A stretch of DNA of 64,000 nt from Candidatus Delongbacteria bacterium (lineage in GTDB: Bacteria > CAIWAD01), in assembly GCA_963663545.1 (NCBI GenBank), contig OY760505.1:32001-96000 (forward strand), in the 5' to 3' direction. Under the pieces are notes generated by a model. The model was not told where the DNA came from and made no database searches. It saw only the letters and a program-made list of their open reading frames with translations. This document shows, piece after piece, positions 30,131 to 39,358 of the stretch. The position numbers and the translations under genes are program-made. Every line of letters begins with the position of its first letter. The first letter of the stretch is position 1.

Positions 30131-32329
30131 TTGTGTCAAGCTGGAAACCAAAGTGTGAGACACCTCGAGAAACTGCTTCATATTCCGGATCTGGACACCG
30201 CATCAGCCGCACCTTTGCATGTGCTGGGCGAGCGCGTGTTCCATTTGCTACTCAAGGCACTTTCACTGGTAGGACTGCCGGTAGCCGTGGCACTCTTCCT
30301 GCTGTGGCGGCAACACCCTGAAGTCGCCTATCTGGGAGAAGGCCTCCTCTTCTATCTGGTACTGAACTTCTTCGCCTTCATGCCTCGCATGGACCGTCGC
30401 CTGCGCCTGTATGGTGGTCTGCTGCTGATCTGGATCGCTAGCGCCGTCAGCGTGGCCATTCAGCTTCCACTCTGCAAAGGAACCCCCTGGCAGCTGTTTT
30501 TCAGTCTTGTAACGGCGGCCTTTGGCGGTACTTGGCTGGGGATCGCTTCGGTGGGTGTGAATCTGCTGACGCTTCTGGGTGTGCCCTGGTTGCGCGATCT
30601 GAAGCCGGTCATCTGCCCACTGCAGGAGGATCTGCTGGTTGCGGCTGGTTTTCTTCTGCTCAATCTTCTGACGGTAATCAGCGTTGGTCTGCTCATTCGC
30701 TGGCTGGCGCAGAGTCTGCACGCCGAGCGCCGTCTGAGTACCGAACTGAGGTCTGCCAATCTGCGTCTGGGCGAGGAAATCGAGCGGGGGCGTCGAGCAC
30801 AGGAAGAGGTTGCCCTGAGTGAGCGTCGTTACCGCCAACTTGTGGAGCACGCACCGCTGGCAATTCTGGCGGTGGACGATGAGGGGCGGGTGCAGGAGTT
30901 CAACGAGCGTTTTCGCGAAATCGCGGGACGCGAGGCACTGGTCGAGCGAGGCGTGCACATTGGCGAGCTCTCGCGCTTATGGTCGCAGGAGAGTCGCGAC
31001 GACATGCAGCGCTGCCTCACAGAGGGGAAAAGCCTGGTCAACCAGACGCTGGTGGAGCTTTCCGGAGAAGAACGATTGCTGCGCTATCACGTGGCGCCTT
31101 GGCCGATGGGGCAGGAGCGCTTCGGCATGCTTTCCGTAGTAGAGGACGTCAGTGATCGGCGCAATCTGGAGCGTCAGCTGCTGCACGCTCAGAAAATGGA
31201 AGCCATTGGTATTCTCGCCGGTGGCATTGCCCATGACTTCAACAACATTCTCGGCGCCATTCTGGGCTATGTAGAAATGCTCCTGATCGAGCTGGGCAGC
31301 GAGGGGCGCACGGGCGACAAGTTGGTCAGTATCCAGCGTGGTGCGCTGCGAGCGCGTGATCTGGTAAGCCAGATTCTTTCCTTCAGCCGCAAGCGCGGAC
31401 AAGAAACGCGCGTTGTCGCCATTGATAGCCTGGTACGTGAAGTACTCAAGCTTTTGCGCGCCACCTTGCCCTCTACGATCGAAATCCGACAGCAGATTCA
31501 GCGCGACTTGATGCTGAACGCGGACCCGGCGCAGTTGCATCAAGTGCTGATGAACCTTTGCACCAACGCGCATCACGCCATGGCCGACAAGGGAGGTGTG
31601 CTAGAGGTAAAAACCGAGCGTCTTGAGCCTACAGATCCTCGCTTGCGCACTTTCCCGCGCCTGATGGGGCCTTGTGTCTTGTTGACTGTGAGCGACAACG
31701 GCTGCGGCATGACACCCGAGGTACGCGATCAAATCTTTCTACCCTTCTTCACCACGAAGGGAGAAGGAGTCGGCACAGGCATGGGGCTGGCTGTAGTACA
31801 TGGAATTGTCCGAACGCATGGTGGTGAGATCTACGTTGAGAGCGAGTACGGCCAGGGCACGACCTTCAGCATTATTCTGCCGCTCGCGAGGGAGAACGAG
31901 GCCACGGAAGTGGAAGCGGACAGCGGAGCTGTGCGCGTCACTTCCAATCTGCCACTGGGCAGCGAGCGTATTCTATTGGTGGACGACGAGCGGGATCTGG
32001 TGGAGTTGGGACAGGTCTTCTTGGGCGAGTTGGGCTACACGGTGACCGGCGTGCAGTTGCCGCATGAGGCTGTGCGCTTGTTGGAGGCGGATCCTGCTGC
32101 TTATGATCTGGTGATTTCCGATATGACCATGCCCGGCATGCGCGGCGATCGGATGGCTGCGGAGATGCGTCGTTTGCGACCTGACCTTCCCATCGTCATC
32201 TGTACCGGTTACAGCGAGGACATGAATCAGGAAAAGGCGCGCACGTTGGGTTTGCAAGGCTTCTTAATGAAGCCGCTGGAATTACGCGAGCTGGCGATCG
32301 TGATTCGGCGGGTGCTGGATGGGAAATAG
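30131..32329 (+). CDS. Membrane hybrid histidine kinase (TM-PAS-HisKA-HATPase-REC)
   Basis: AGGIAHDFNNIL, PFFTTKGEGVGTGMGLA, ILLVDDE, ISDMTMP; start codon uncertain. Confidence 0.92.
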   Translation: MCQAGNQSVRHLEKLLHIPDLDTASAAPLHVLGERVFHLLLKALSLVGLPVAVALFLLWRQHPEVAYLGEGLLFYLVLNFFAFMPRMDRRLRLYGGLLLIWIASAVSVAIQLPLCKGTPWQLFFSLVTAAFGGTWLGIASVGVNLLTLLGVPWLRDLKPVICPLQEDLLVAAGFLLLNLLTVISVGLLIRWLAQSLHAERRLSTELRSANLRLGEEIERGRRAQEEVALSERRYRQLVEHAPLAILAVDDEGRVQEFNERFREIAGREALVERGVHIGELSRLWSQESRDDMQRCLTEGKSLVNQTLVELSGEERLLRYHVAPWPMGQERFGMLSVVEDVSDRRNLERQLLHAQKMEAIGILAGGIAHDFNNILGAILGYVEMLLIELGSEGRTGDKLVSIQRGALRARDLVSQILSFSRKRGQETRVVAIDSLVREVLKLLRATLPSTIEIRQQIQRDLMLNADPAQLHQVLMNLCTNAHHAMADKGGVLEVKTERLEPTDPRLRTFPRLMGPCVLLTVSDNGCGMTPEVRDQIFLPFFTTKGEGVGTGMGLAVVHGIVRTHGGEIYVESEYGQGTTFSIILPLARENEATEVEADSGAVRVTSNLPLGSERILLVDDERDLVELGQVFLGELGYTVTGVQLPHEAVRLLEADPAAYDLVISDMTMPGMRGDRMAAEMRRLRPDLPIVICTGYSEDMNQEKARTLGLQGFLMKPLELRELAIVIRRVLDGK

Positions 32330-32338
32330 TGCCGGATC

Positions 32339-32382
32339 CGTGTCTGACCCCCACCTGGCACGTGTCTGACCCCCACCTGGCA
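32339..32382 (+). repeat. 22-bp tandem duplication
   Basis: CGTGTCTGACCCCCACCTGGCA x2, just downstream of the kinase stop. Confidence 0.85.
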
Positions 32383-32733
32383 CCTCGGTGCTCATTTTGT
32401 CCAGTCCACGATACACTCAGCTTCAACGAAACCCACATGCGCTAGCAGACAGGGTAAACAAAACCCAGCAACGCTTCTTGGCCGCCAGGTGACTCGGCAC
32501 AGCAAACGCGACCCTGACAGATGACGCATGGCACAGAAGTCTGCGTACCCGCACAAGCACATGCGCGTCAGGCGAAGAGTTCTGCAGGCAGAGTATTGGC
32601 GACAAGTTGCATATGCTCTGAACGTGGCCATGAAGCTTCAGGATGCAGAGCTGTATTCGGCTGGCAGCGGGATGTAGTGGGTCACAGCAATTCCTAGGAG
32701 TCTGTCGGACTTGACCGCTTCGCGGTCTTCATC

Positions 32734-32820
32734 GCCCCTGTCGGCCCGATTATCCGAAGGTTTTGCACATATCGCCCGATATGCACTGCAAAACCTTCGG
32801 ATAATCAGCCTCGACATGGG
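32734..32820. repeat. Long intergenic inverted repeat / hairpin
   Basis: Perfect 20-bp arms GATTATCCGAAGGTTTTGCA (32748-32767) and TGCAAAACCTTCGGATAATC (32787-32806), with further inner and outer pairing. Confidence 0.85.
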
Positions 32821-33076
32821 CAAAGTTTGACGCAGTCAAACTTCAACGGACTGCCAACAATGGTGCGAAGCGCCATTGGTTGGAAGTACGCGCGAATTCC
32901 CCATCGAAGGTCCAAGCCCGACAGACTCCTTGGGGGAAGCGATAGGTGTTCCGTGATACGACAAGAGCAGCCTCGAACGCAGCGAGGACAGCGATTGATT
33001 CGCTGCTCCTTTCTCAATCGCTCGCTATTTCCTGAGCTGCCGAACCAAGTCGCAATGCGTGGGGGTTCATGAGTTC

Positions 33077-33110
33077 AAAAACGAGCAAAGCCCCTCACGG
33101 GGCGTTGCTC
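33077..33110 (-). terminator. Rho-independent terminator of the repeat-protein gene
   Basis: GAGCAA-GCCCC/GGGGC-TTGCTC stem with an A5 run on the + strand (U tail on the - strand). Confidence 0.75.
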
Positions 33111-33129
33111 ATGTATGCTGAGTTGCGGT

Positions 33130-36057
33130 TTACTTAATCAGTGTCATGTTCATCGTACGTGTGCCAGCGGCTGATTCAAGGGCAGCGATATAGGTTCCAC
33201 TGGCCAGTCTGCCCGCATCAAAGACGACGCTATGACGGCCTTCACTAACCTCACCCTCAACCAGAGTTGCCACCAGCTGACCCTGCAGGTTGAACACGCG
33301 CAGACGCGCATGACCGGCCTCGAGCATCGTGTATTGCAGCTGGGTCACAGGGTTGAAAGGATTGGGGTAGCAGCCGTTAAGCTGGAATTCTGTCACGGTC
33401 TCGCTGGTGACAATCGTCTGGGATTGCAACTGAACAAGACTTCCACTTACCAGCTCCTGGAAGAGCGTGTAGGTGTTGCGTCCGCGCGGTGCTTCGGTAT
33501 CCGTGTAGCTGTAAGCGGCACCCCATAACTCACCCTGAGCCAGGATCAAGGCGTCAAGCAGCTCACCGTTACGCTCGATGCGGTACCCTAGAACATTGGC
33601 TTCGGTGAAGGTCGTCCAGTTCAGGGTCACTTCACCCGCAGCACTTTGCACGAGACTATAGTCACTCAGGCAGGCCGCGGCGGTGCTACTGGGATCGTAC
33701 TCTTGCAGACAGTCACCGGCCGTCTGACCCACCGTGAAACGTTCGTCCTGGGCGAGGACTTCCGTGTTTGCCGTGACGTCAAAAAGCGGGCTGTACGCAT
33801 CACCAATACGGAAGCTCAGCAGATCCATGCCTTCCAGCAGCATGATCTCGTAGTAGCCGGGCTCAACCGGAACCACAGTCGTGCAGGTGCAGCCGCCACG
33901 GGTTAGACGCACAGAGGTGCCGCTGAGCCACTCGTCCTGCAAGTGTACGATCGGCGCGTTCAGTGTTACATCTGCACCGTGCTCAATCTCGCTGGGAATC
34001 ACGGTTTCGGTGTAGGTGCTGATGTAATACATGTAGACGCGGGCGCGGTACTCGTTATCGGGCAGAACATCATGATGGGCCTCGCGCAGCGGAGAGCTGA
34101 TGCTGAAGTCAGCGCGATGGCTTGTATCCTGGTAAAGTTTGATCGAGGAAACAGGCACGCTGTCGCAGTCGACGGTCGCGAAGTCTACGCAGAAGTCGGC
34201 GAGTTGGTAGACGATGTCCGCCGCACTGGTGGCTACGGGATCAACAGTGTCTGTGTAGTCGCTGGCGTAATCCTTGTACACGCGGGCACGGAAGTTCTGG
34301 TTCTGCACCACGTCAATGTGATACTGACCGGCCTCGGTGGCCTGGGCAAAGTCGGCGCGGTGGGACGTGTCCTGATAGAGCTTCAGGCCGTGATTCACAT
34401 TCGTGGGTTCGCCGCCGGCGTAGTCGCTGGCCAGCACTTCCACGTGGAAGTCGACGAGCTGGTACTGCAGATCAGCGCCCTCATTCAGCGCGGGATCAAC
34501 AGTGTCCGTGTAGTCGCTGGCGTAATCCTTGTACACCCGGGCGCGGAAGCTCTGGTTCTGCACCACGTCAATGTGATACTGACCGGCCTCGGTGGCCTGG
34601 GCAAAGTCGGCGCGGTGAGACGTATCCTGATAGAGCTTCAGGCCGTGATTCACATTCGTGGGCTCGCCGCCAGCGTAGTCGCTGGCCAGTACTTCCACGT
34701 GGAAGTCGACGAGCTGGTACTGCAGATCAGCGCCCTCATTCAGCACGGGATCCACTGTCTCTGTGTAGTCGCTGGCGTAATCCTTGTACACGCGGGCGCG
34801 GAAGCTCTGGTTCTGCACCACGTCAATGTGATACTGACCGGCCTCGGTGGCCTGAGCAAAGTCGGCGCGGTGAGACGTATCCTGATAGAGCTTCAGGCCG
34901 TGATTCACATTCGTGGGCTCGCCACCAGCGTAGTCGCTGGCCAGTACTTCCACGTGGAAGTCGACGAGCTGGTACTGTAAATCAGCGCCCTCATTCAGCG
35001 CGGGATCAACAGTGTCCGTGTAGTCGCTGGCGTAATCCTTGTACACGCGGGCACGGAAGTTCTGGTTCTGCACCACGTCAATGTGATACTGACCGGCCTC
35101 GGTGGCCTGGGCAAAGTCGGCGCGGTGAGACGTATCCTGATAGAGTTTCAGGCCGTGATTCACATTCGTGGGCTCGCCACCAGCGTAGTCGCTGGCCAGC
35201 ACTTCCACGTGGAAGTCGACGAGCTGGTACTGTAGATCAGCGCCCTCATTCAGCACGGGATCAACAGTGTCTGTGTAGTCGCTGGCGTAATCCTTGTACA
35301 CGCGGGCGCGGAAGCTCTGGTTCTGCACCACGTCAATGTGATACTGACCGGCCTCGGTGGCCTGAGCAAAGTCGGCGCGGTGAGACGTATCCTGATAGAG
35401 CTTCAGGCCGTGATTCACACTCGTGGGCTCGCCACCAGCGTAGTCGCTGGCCAGCACTTCCACGTGGAAGTCGACGAGCTGGTACTGCAGATCAGCGCCC
35501 TCATTCAGCGCGGGATCCACTGTCTCGGTGTAGTCGCTGGCGTAATCCTTGTACACGCGGGCACGGACAAGGGCTCCGGGTACGACTTCAATGTGATACT
35601 GACCGGCCTCGGTGGCCTGGGCAAAGTCGGCGCGGTGGGACGTATCCTGATAGAGCTTCAGGCCGTGATTCACATTCGTGGGCTCGCCGCCAGCGTAGTC
35701 GCTGGCCAGCACTTCCACGTGGAAGTCAACCAGCGAGATCGACTCACCCAGACCCTGTGCCGTAGAGGTCATGTAATTCTTGTAGACGCGGGCATTGTTG
35801 ATGTTGCCGATATCGGCGAACTCGAACAGGCCCTCGCCCAAGAAAGTGGCCACACTGCGATAGCTATCGTTGTAGTAGCCTTTGACTTGAATACCGCTGG
35901 CATCCGTCACCGGGCTGCCGTCGGCGTGCAGCAGGAGCACTTGATTGGCGCTTTGCGCTAGGGCCATCACTGCCATCACAAGCACCAGTACAGGAAGAAC
36001 GAGTATGCGGTTGCGCAGGGTGCACGTCAGTGAAAAAGTACAATCCATCCGTTCCAT
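33130..36057 (-). CDS. Secreted protein with six near-identical 85-aa repeats and a C-terminal FlgD/T9SS-type-A-like sorting domain
   Basis: Signal peptide; tandem repeats; tail YPNPFNPVTQLQY...VFNLQGQLVATLV...LASGTY. Confidence 0.9.
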   Translation of the reverse strand: MERMDCTFSLTCTLRNRILVLPVLVLVMAVMALAQSANQVLLLHADGSPVTDASGIQVKGYYNDSYRSVATFLGEGLFEFADIGNINNARVYKNYMTSTAQGLGESISLVDFHVEVLASDYAGGEPTNVNHGLKLYQDTSHRADFAQATEAGQYHIEVVPGALVRARVYKDYASDYTETVDPALNEGADLQYQLVDFHVEVLASDYAGGEPTSVNHGLKLYQDTSHRADFAQATEAGQYHIDVVQNQSFRARVYKDYASDYTDTVDPVLNEGADLQYQLVDFHVEVLASDYAGGEPTNVNHGLKLYQDTSHRADFAQATEAGQYHIDVVQNQNFRARVYKDYASDYTDTVDPALNEGADLQYQLVDFHVEVLASDYAGGEPTNVNHGLKLYQDTSHRADFAQATEAGQYHIDVVQNQSFRARVYKDYASDYTETVDPVLNEGADLQYQLVDFHVEVLASDYAGGEPTNVNHGLKLYQDTSHRADFAQATEAGQYHIDVVQNQSFRARVYKDYASDYTDTVDPALNEGADLQYQLVDFHVEVLASDYAGGEPTNVNHGLKLYQDTSHRADFAQATEAGQYHIDVVQNQNFRARVYKDYASDYTDTVDPVATSAADIVYQLADFCVDFATVDCDSVPVSSIKLYQDTSHRADFSISSPLREAHHDVLPDNEYRARVYMYYISTYTETVIPSEIEHGADVTLNAPIVHLQDEWLSGTSVRLTRGGCTCTTVVPVEPGYYEIMLLEGMDLLSFRIGDAYSPLFDVTANTEVLAQDERFTVGQTAGDCLQEYDPSSTAAACLSDYSLVQSAAGEVTLNWTTFTEANVLGYRIERNGELLDALILAQGELWGAAYSYTDTEAPRGRNTYTLFQELVSGSLVQLQSQTIVTSETVTEFQLNGCYPNPFNPVTQLQYTMLEAGHARLRVFNLQGQLVATLVEGEVSEGRHSVVFDAGRLASGTYIAALESAAGTRTMNMTLIK
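34204..35733 (-). repeat. Six 255-bp tandem coding repeats
   Basis: CACGTGGAAG recurs at 34441, 34696, 34951, 35206, 35461 and 35716 (period 255). Confidence 0.95.
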
Positions 36058-36254
36058 GGGAATCTCCTTATTGCTGTTCCTGCTTCAGCAATATCCAAGC
36101 CATGTTATAAGCTGTAGTAATAACAGCAACATAGAGCAAAAGGGCTGATGAGAAGAAGAGACGCGGTGCACATGCACCGGTTGATTTCCTTGATCTTGGT
36201 TTATATCCACCATGGACTAATGCAGGAGCCCCTTGCCTGTCCTATCTTTAGCGC

Positions 36255-36908
36255 ATGAAATACTCCTACACCCGATTGTTGCCTGTTCTGCTGTGTGCAT
36301 TTTTGCTGTCCTGCGCCAGCGTCCCCATTCCCACACAGGCTCCCCATGAGGCGCCCCTTGAGCGTTTGCCAGATAGCCTGCTGGTGCTCTTGCCAGGGCA
36401 CGACGCTTTTCGTGTGGACGTGCGTTTGGAACAGAGTCGCGGTACTCCTGCGCAATACATGCAACTCTGGCAGGAAGGCCTAGCGCGCACTCTAGCACAG
36501 CGAACCGGCGTGCGATTCCTTACACCGGCGGTTTGTGACACAAGTGCCGAGTCATGCGGTTTCCATGTTGTACGGGACACGTTGAACGCCGAGCGGCAGC
36601 TGCTGGTCATCGATCAGTTGCTGTTGCAGGCTGCACCTGAATCGGGGCTCAAACGCACACTGCGTCGGTTTTCTCTTCACCGCGACGATTTTCACGAATG
36701 GGGCTGGGTGGAAACGCTGTATCACATAGAGACAGATGCAGGTGCTGTGTGTGATACAGTTCGCCTGATCAGCCGTGATCCGGATCCGTATTTCATTGGC
36801 CTGCATGCTGATCGTGGTGCACGATTAATGCTGCGTGCAGCGCGCGATCTAGCCGGTGACTTGAGAAAGCACAAACAGGAATCCGGATCAGTGGAGGCGG
36901 ACGAATGA
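36255..36908 (+). CDS. Putative lipoprotein
   Basis: LLSC lipobox; coupled to the downstream gene. Confidence 0.65.
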   Translation: MKYSYTRLLPVLLCAFLLSCASVPIPTQAPHEAPLERLPDSLLVLLPGHDAFRVDVRLEQSRGTPAQYMQLWQEGLARTLAQRTGVRFLTPAVCDTSAESCGFHVVRDTLNAERQLLVIDQLLLQAAPESGLKRTLRRFSLHRDDFHEWGWVETLYHIETDAGAVCDTVRLISRDPDPYFIGLHADRGARLMLRAARDLAGDLRKHKQESGSVEADE

Positions 36909-37738
36909 GGATTGCATGTATCACAATTCTGTTGCTGCTGCTGGCAGGGAGTTGTTCTGTTCGTCGCATGGCCGTGCACATGGCGGAGCCCGTGTTTGAC
37001 GATCTAGTCGTCTCGCTCTTTGCCGAACCAGATCTTCAATTAGCCGAAGCTGCACTCGCCGCTGATCTTAAGCTGATCGAAGGTTTGCGCGTGTCACACG
37101 ACAGCGAGCGTTTGGCAGAGTTGAATGCGATGGCGCTCACGGGATACGCTCTGTTCTTCTGCGAAGAAGAGAACCAGGATCGTGCAGGCGCCTTTTACAT
37201 GCGAGCGACACTAGCCGGTAACACTTTGCTGGGAGTTAATCCGCACACGTTGCCAGCAGACGAGTTCAATACTTGGCTGGCAGACGAAGAAAACCTGCCG
37301 GGGCTGTTCTGGAGCGCCTTTCCCGAAGGTCTCTACATTCGCATGCATTTGAGTGATCCAGCAGCCTTGTATCACCTGGCGAGAGTTGAGCGCATGCTGG
37401 CACGCAGCGCAGAGCTGGATTCCGCTTATTTTCTGGCCGGTGCAAAACTGTTTCAGGGTGTGCTTGACTGTGCACGTCCACGGATGCTGGGGGGGAATCC
37501 GGAGCGCGGTCGTCGGCGCCTGCAGGAGGCTGATGCGTTGGCGCCTGCTGGTTTGTTGCTGGCCGAGCTTTTTGAGGCATGGTATTACTGTCCGGCAGTG
37601 CTGGATGAAGAGCGATTCGACGAGCTGATTTGCACGCTGCAGGAGGCCGTACCCGGGCAAGGTGCTTCCGCGCTGGTCAACGCCTGGTGCATCCGACAGG
37701 CGGAGGCTCTGGCCCGTCAGCGTTCCCTCTGGTTCTAG
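36905..37738 (+). CDS. TRAP transporter TatT component (TPAT lipoprotein)
   Basis: Lipobox AGSC; EPDLQLAEAAL, RPRMLGGNPERG, LDEERF; upstream of dctPQM. Confidence 0.8.
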   Translation: MRIACITILLLLLAGSCSVRRMAVHMAEPVFDDLVVSLFAEPDLQLAEAALAADLKLIEGLRVSHDSERLAELNAMALTGYALFFCEEENQDRAGAFYMRATLAGNTLLGVNPHTLPADEFNTWLADEENLPGLFWSAFPEGLYIRMHLSDPAALYHLARVERMLARSAELDSAYFLAGAKLFQGVLDCARPRMLGGNPERGRRRLQEADALAPAGLLLAELFEAWYYCPAVLDEERFDELICTLQEAVPGQGASALVNAWCIRQAEALARQRSLWF

Positions 37739-37865
37739 TGGACAATTCACGTGAATCGGTCCACTAGTTGCCGGACGTTGAGGCGGACTTGGCGCGCTTC
37801 CGCAGTTTTCGGCCGTCCGGATGCCTTTCCTAGATTATAGGCTCTGTAACACAAGCGGAGGCCGC

Positions 37866-38867
37866 ATGAGACGATTCACTCCATTCTTGATCCTGCTGTT
37901 GCCCCTGCTGGCGCAGGCCACCCTCGAAATCAAGTTTGCCACACTCGCACCACGCAATTCCACCTGGATGAACATTATGGAGGAGCTGGATGCTGAGCTA
38001 CGCGCTGCTACGCAGGACGAGGTGGGATTTAAATTTTATCCTGGACAGGTTCAGGGCGACGAGCCCGATGTGATACGCAAGATCCGCCTGGGGCAGCTTC
38101 ATGGCGGTGGCTTTACCGGCGTGGGCATGGGCATCATTCAACCCGCAGTGCGAGTGCTTGATTTGCCGATGCTATTCAATAGCCCCGAGGAAGTGGACGC
38201 CGTTGACGAGGGCTTGTTCACAGAGTTCAGCGCGCTCTTCGATGAGAAGGGGTTTGTGTTGCTGGGGTGGGCCGAAGTAGGCCCCGTGCACATCTTCAGC
38301 GCTGAAACAGTCCAGAGCGTCGCCGAGCTGCAACAGCAGAAACTATGGCTGTGGGAGGGCGATCCTGTGGCTGGCCGTTTTTTCGAAGAGCTAGGGTTAC
38401 GGCCGATTTCGCTGAGTCTCACCGACGTATTCACCGGGTTCCAGACCGGTATGATCAACGCCGCCTATGCCAGTCCCTACGCGGCGAGTGCCATGCAGTG
38501 GCAGTCGCATGTGGCTTGTATCACGGCCACACCCATTACGGTTAGTCACGGCGCCGTTCTTGTGAGCAAGCGTATCGTGAGTAAACTTGACGACGAGCAA
38601 CGCCAGCACCTGATGAGCATCTCGCGTCGCCATCTTCGGCGTTTGACAGAGGCCAGCAGAGCAGAGAACGCGACAACGCTCGAGGTCTTTCAGCAGGCGG
38701 GAATTCATCTGCAGCCTTGGCCGGATGCGGAAGTGCTGCGATTGCGGGAAGCTGGCGTAGCGGTTCGCGAAGGTCTAAGCGCTGAACTGTATCCGCCCGA
38801 GGTGCTGGCAAGCGTCCTGGCAAGACTCAATGAGTTTCGGAACGCAGCGAAGGATGTCGCACCATGA
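37866..38867 (+). CDS. dctP: TRAP transporter substrate-binding protein DctP (TatP-like)
   Basis: IKFATLAPRNSTW, FYPGQVQGDE, KIRLGQLHG. Confidence 0.9.
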   Translation: MRRFTPFLILLLPLLAQATLEIKFATLAPRNSTWMNIMEELDAELRAATQDEVGFKFYPGQVQGDEPDVIRKIRLGQLHGGGFTGVGMGIIQPAVRVLDLPMLFNSPEEVDAVDEGLFTEFSALFDEKGFVLLGWAEVGPVHIFSAETVQSVAELQQQKLWLWEGDPVAGRFFEELGLRPISLSLTDVFTGFQTGMINAAYASPYAASAMQWQSHVACITATPITVSHGAVLVSKRIVSKLDDEQRQHLMSISRRHLRRLTEASRAENATTLEVFQQAGIHLQPWPDAEVLRLREAGVAVREGLSAELYPPEVLASVLARLNEFRNAAKDVAP

Positions 38868-39358
38868 GCCTGTTGCGTCGCCTGCGTGATACACTCTTGC
38901 GCGTAGAGGTCGTGCTTCTGCTTGTCGTGCTGGCTGCAATGATTCTGCTTTCCGCAGCGCAGGTTTTACTTCGACAGTTGCACGGTGGTATTGTCTGGAT
39001 CGACGTTGTCGTGAGACACCTGGTGCTGACCACCGCAATGCTCGGAGCCGCTTTGGCTGCCGGTCGTGGAGGCCATATCAGTATCGATCTGATCGGTCGT
39101 TTGGTGAAAGGCCGGTTCGCGACTTATATGCAGTCCGCTTCCAGTCTAGTGGCGGCCTGGGTTTGCGTGCGTCTTACTCTGGCAGCGGGCACCTTTGTGC
39201 AGATGAGCCGAGAATTTGGTGATACAATTGAAGCCATCAATCAGCCCGCCTGGTTGTGGCAGATCGTGATTCCCCTTGGCTTTGGTCTTTGCGCTCTGCA
39301 TTTCCTGCTGGAGGTTCCATTGCGCCTGCTGCACAAGGACCAGGAGGAACAGGCGTGA
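38864..39358 (+). CDS. dctQ: TRAP transporter small permease
   Basis: Four TM segments, GHISIDL. Confidence 0.88.
   Translation: MSLLRRLRDTLLRVEVVLLLVVLAAMILLSAAQVLLRQLHGGIVWIDVVVRHLVLTTAMLGAALAAGRGGHISIDLIGRLVKGRFATYMQSASSLVAAWVCVRLTLAAGTFVQMSREFGDTIEAINQPAWLWQIVIPLGFGLCALHFLLEVPLRLLHKDQEEQA

Noticed and set aside
32734-32820. Integron attC site
   Set aside because: The hairpin ends lack RYYYAAC/GTTRRRY boxes, and there is no cassette array or integron integrase.
32392-33072. Short ORFs in the gap between the kinase and the repeat protein
   Set aside because: No consistent frame, RBS or family motif; the resemblance to a transposase is too weak to call.
34204-35733. Regular repeats as a CRISPR array or a DGR template/variable pair
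   Set aside because: The units are contiguous in-frame 255-bp coding repeats with no unique spacers. Differences are not adenine-specific, and no cas or reverse transcriptase gene is in the window.
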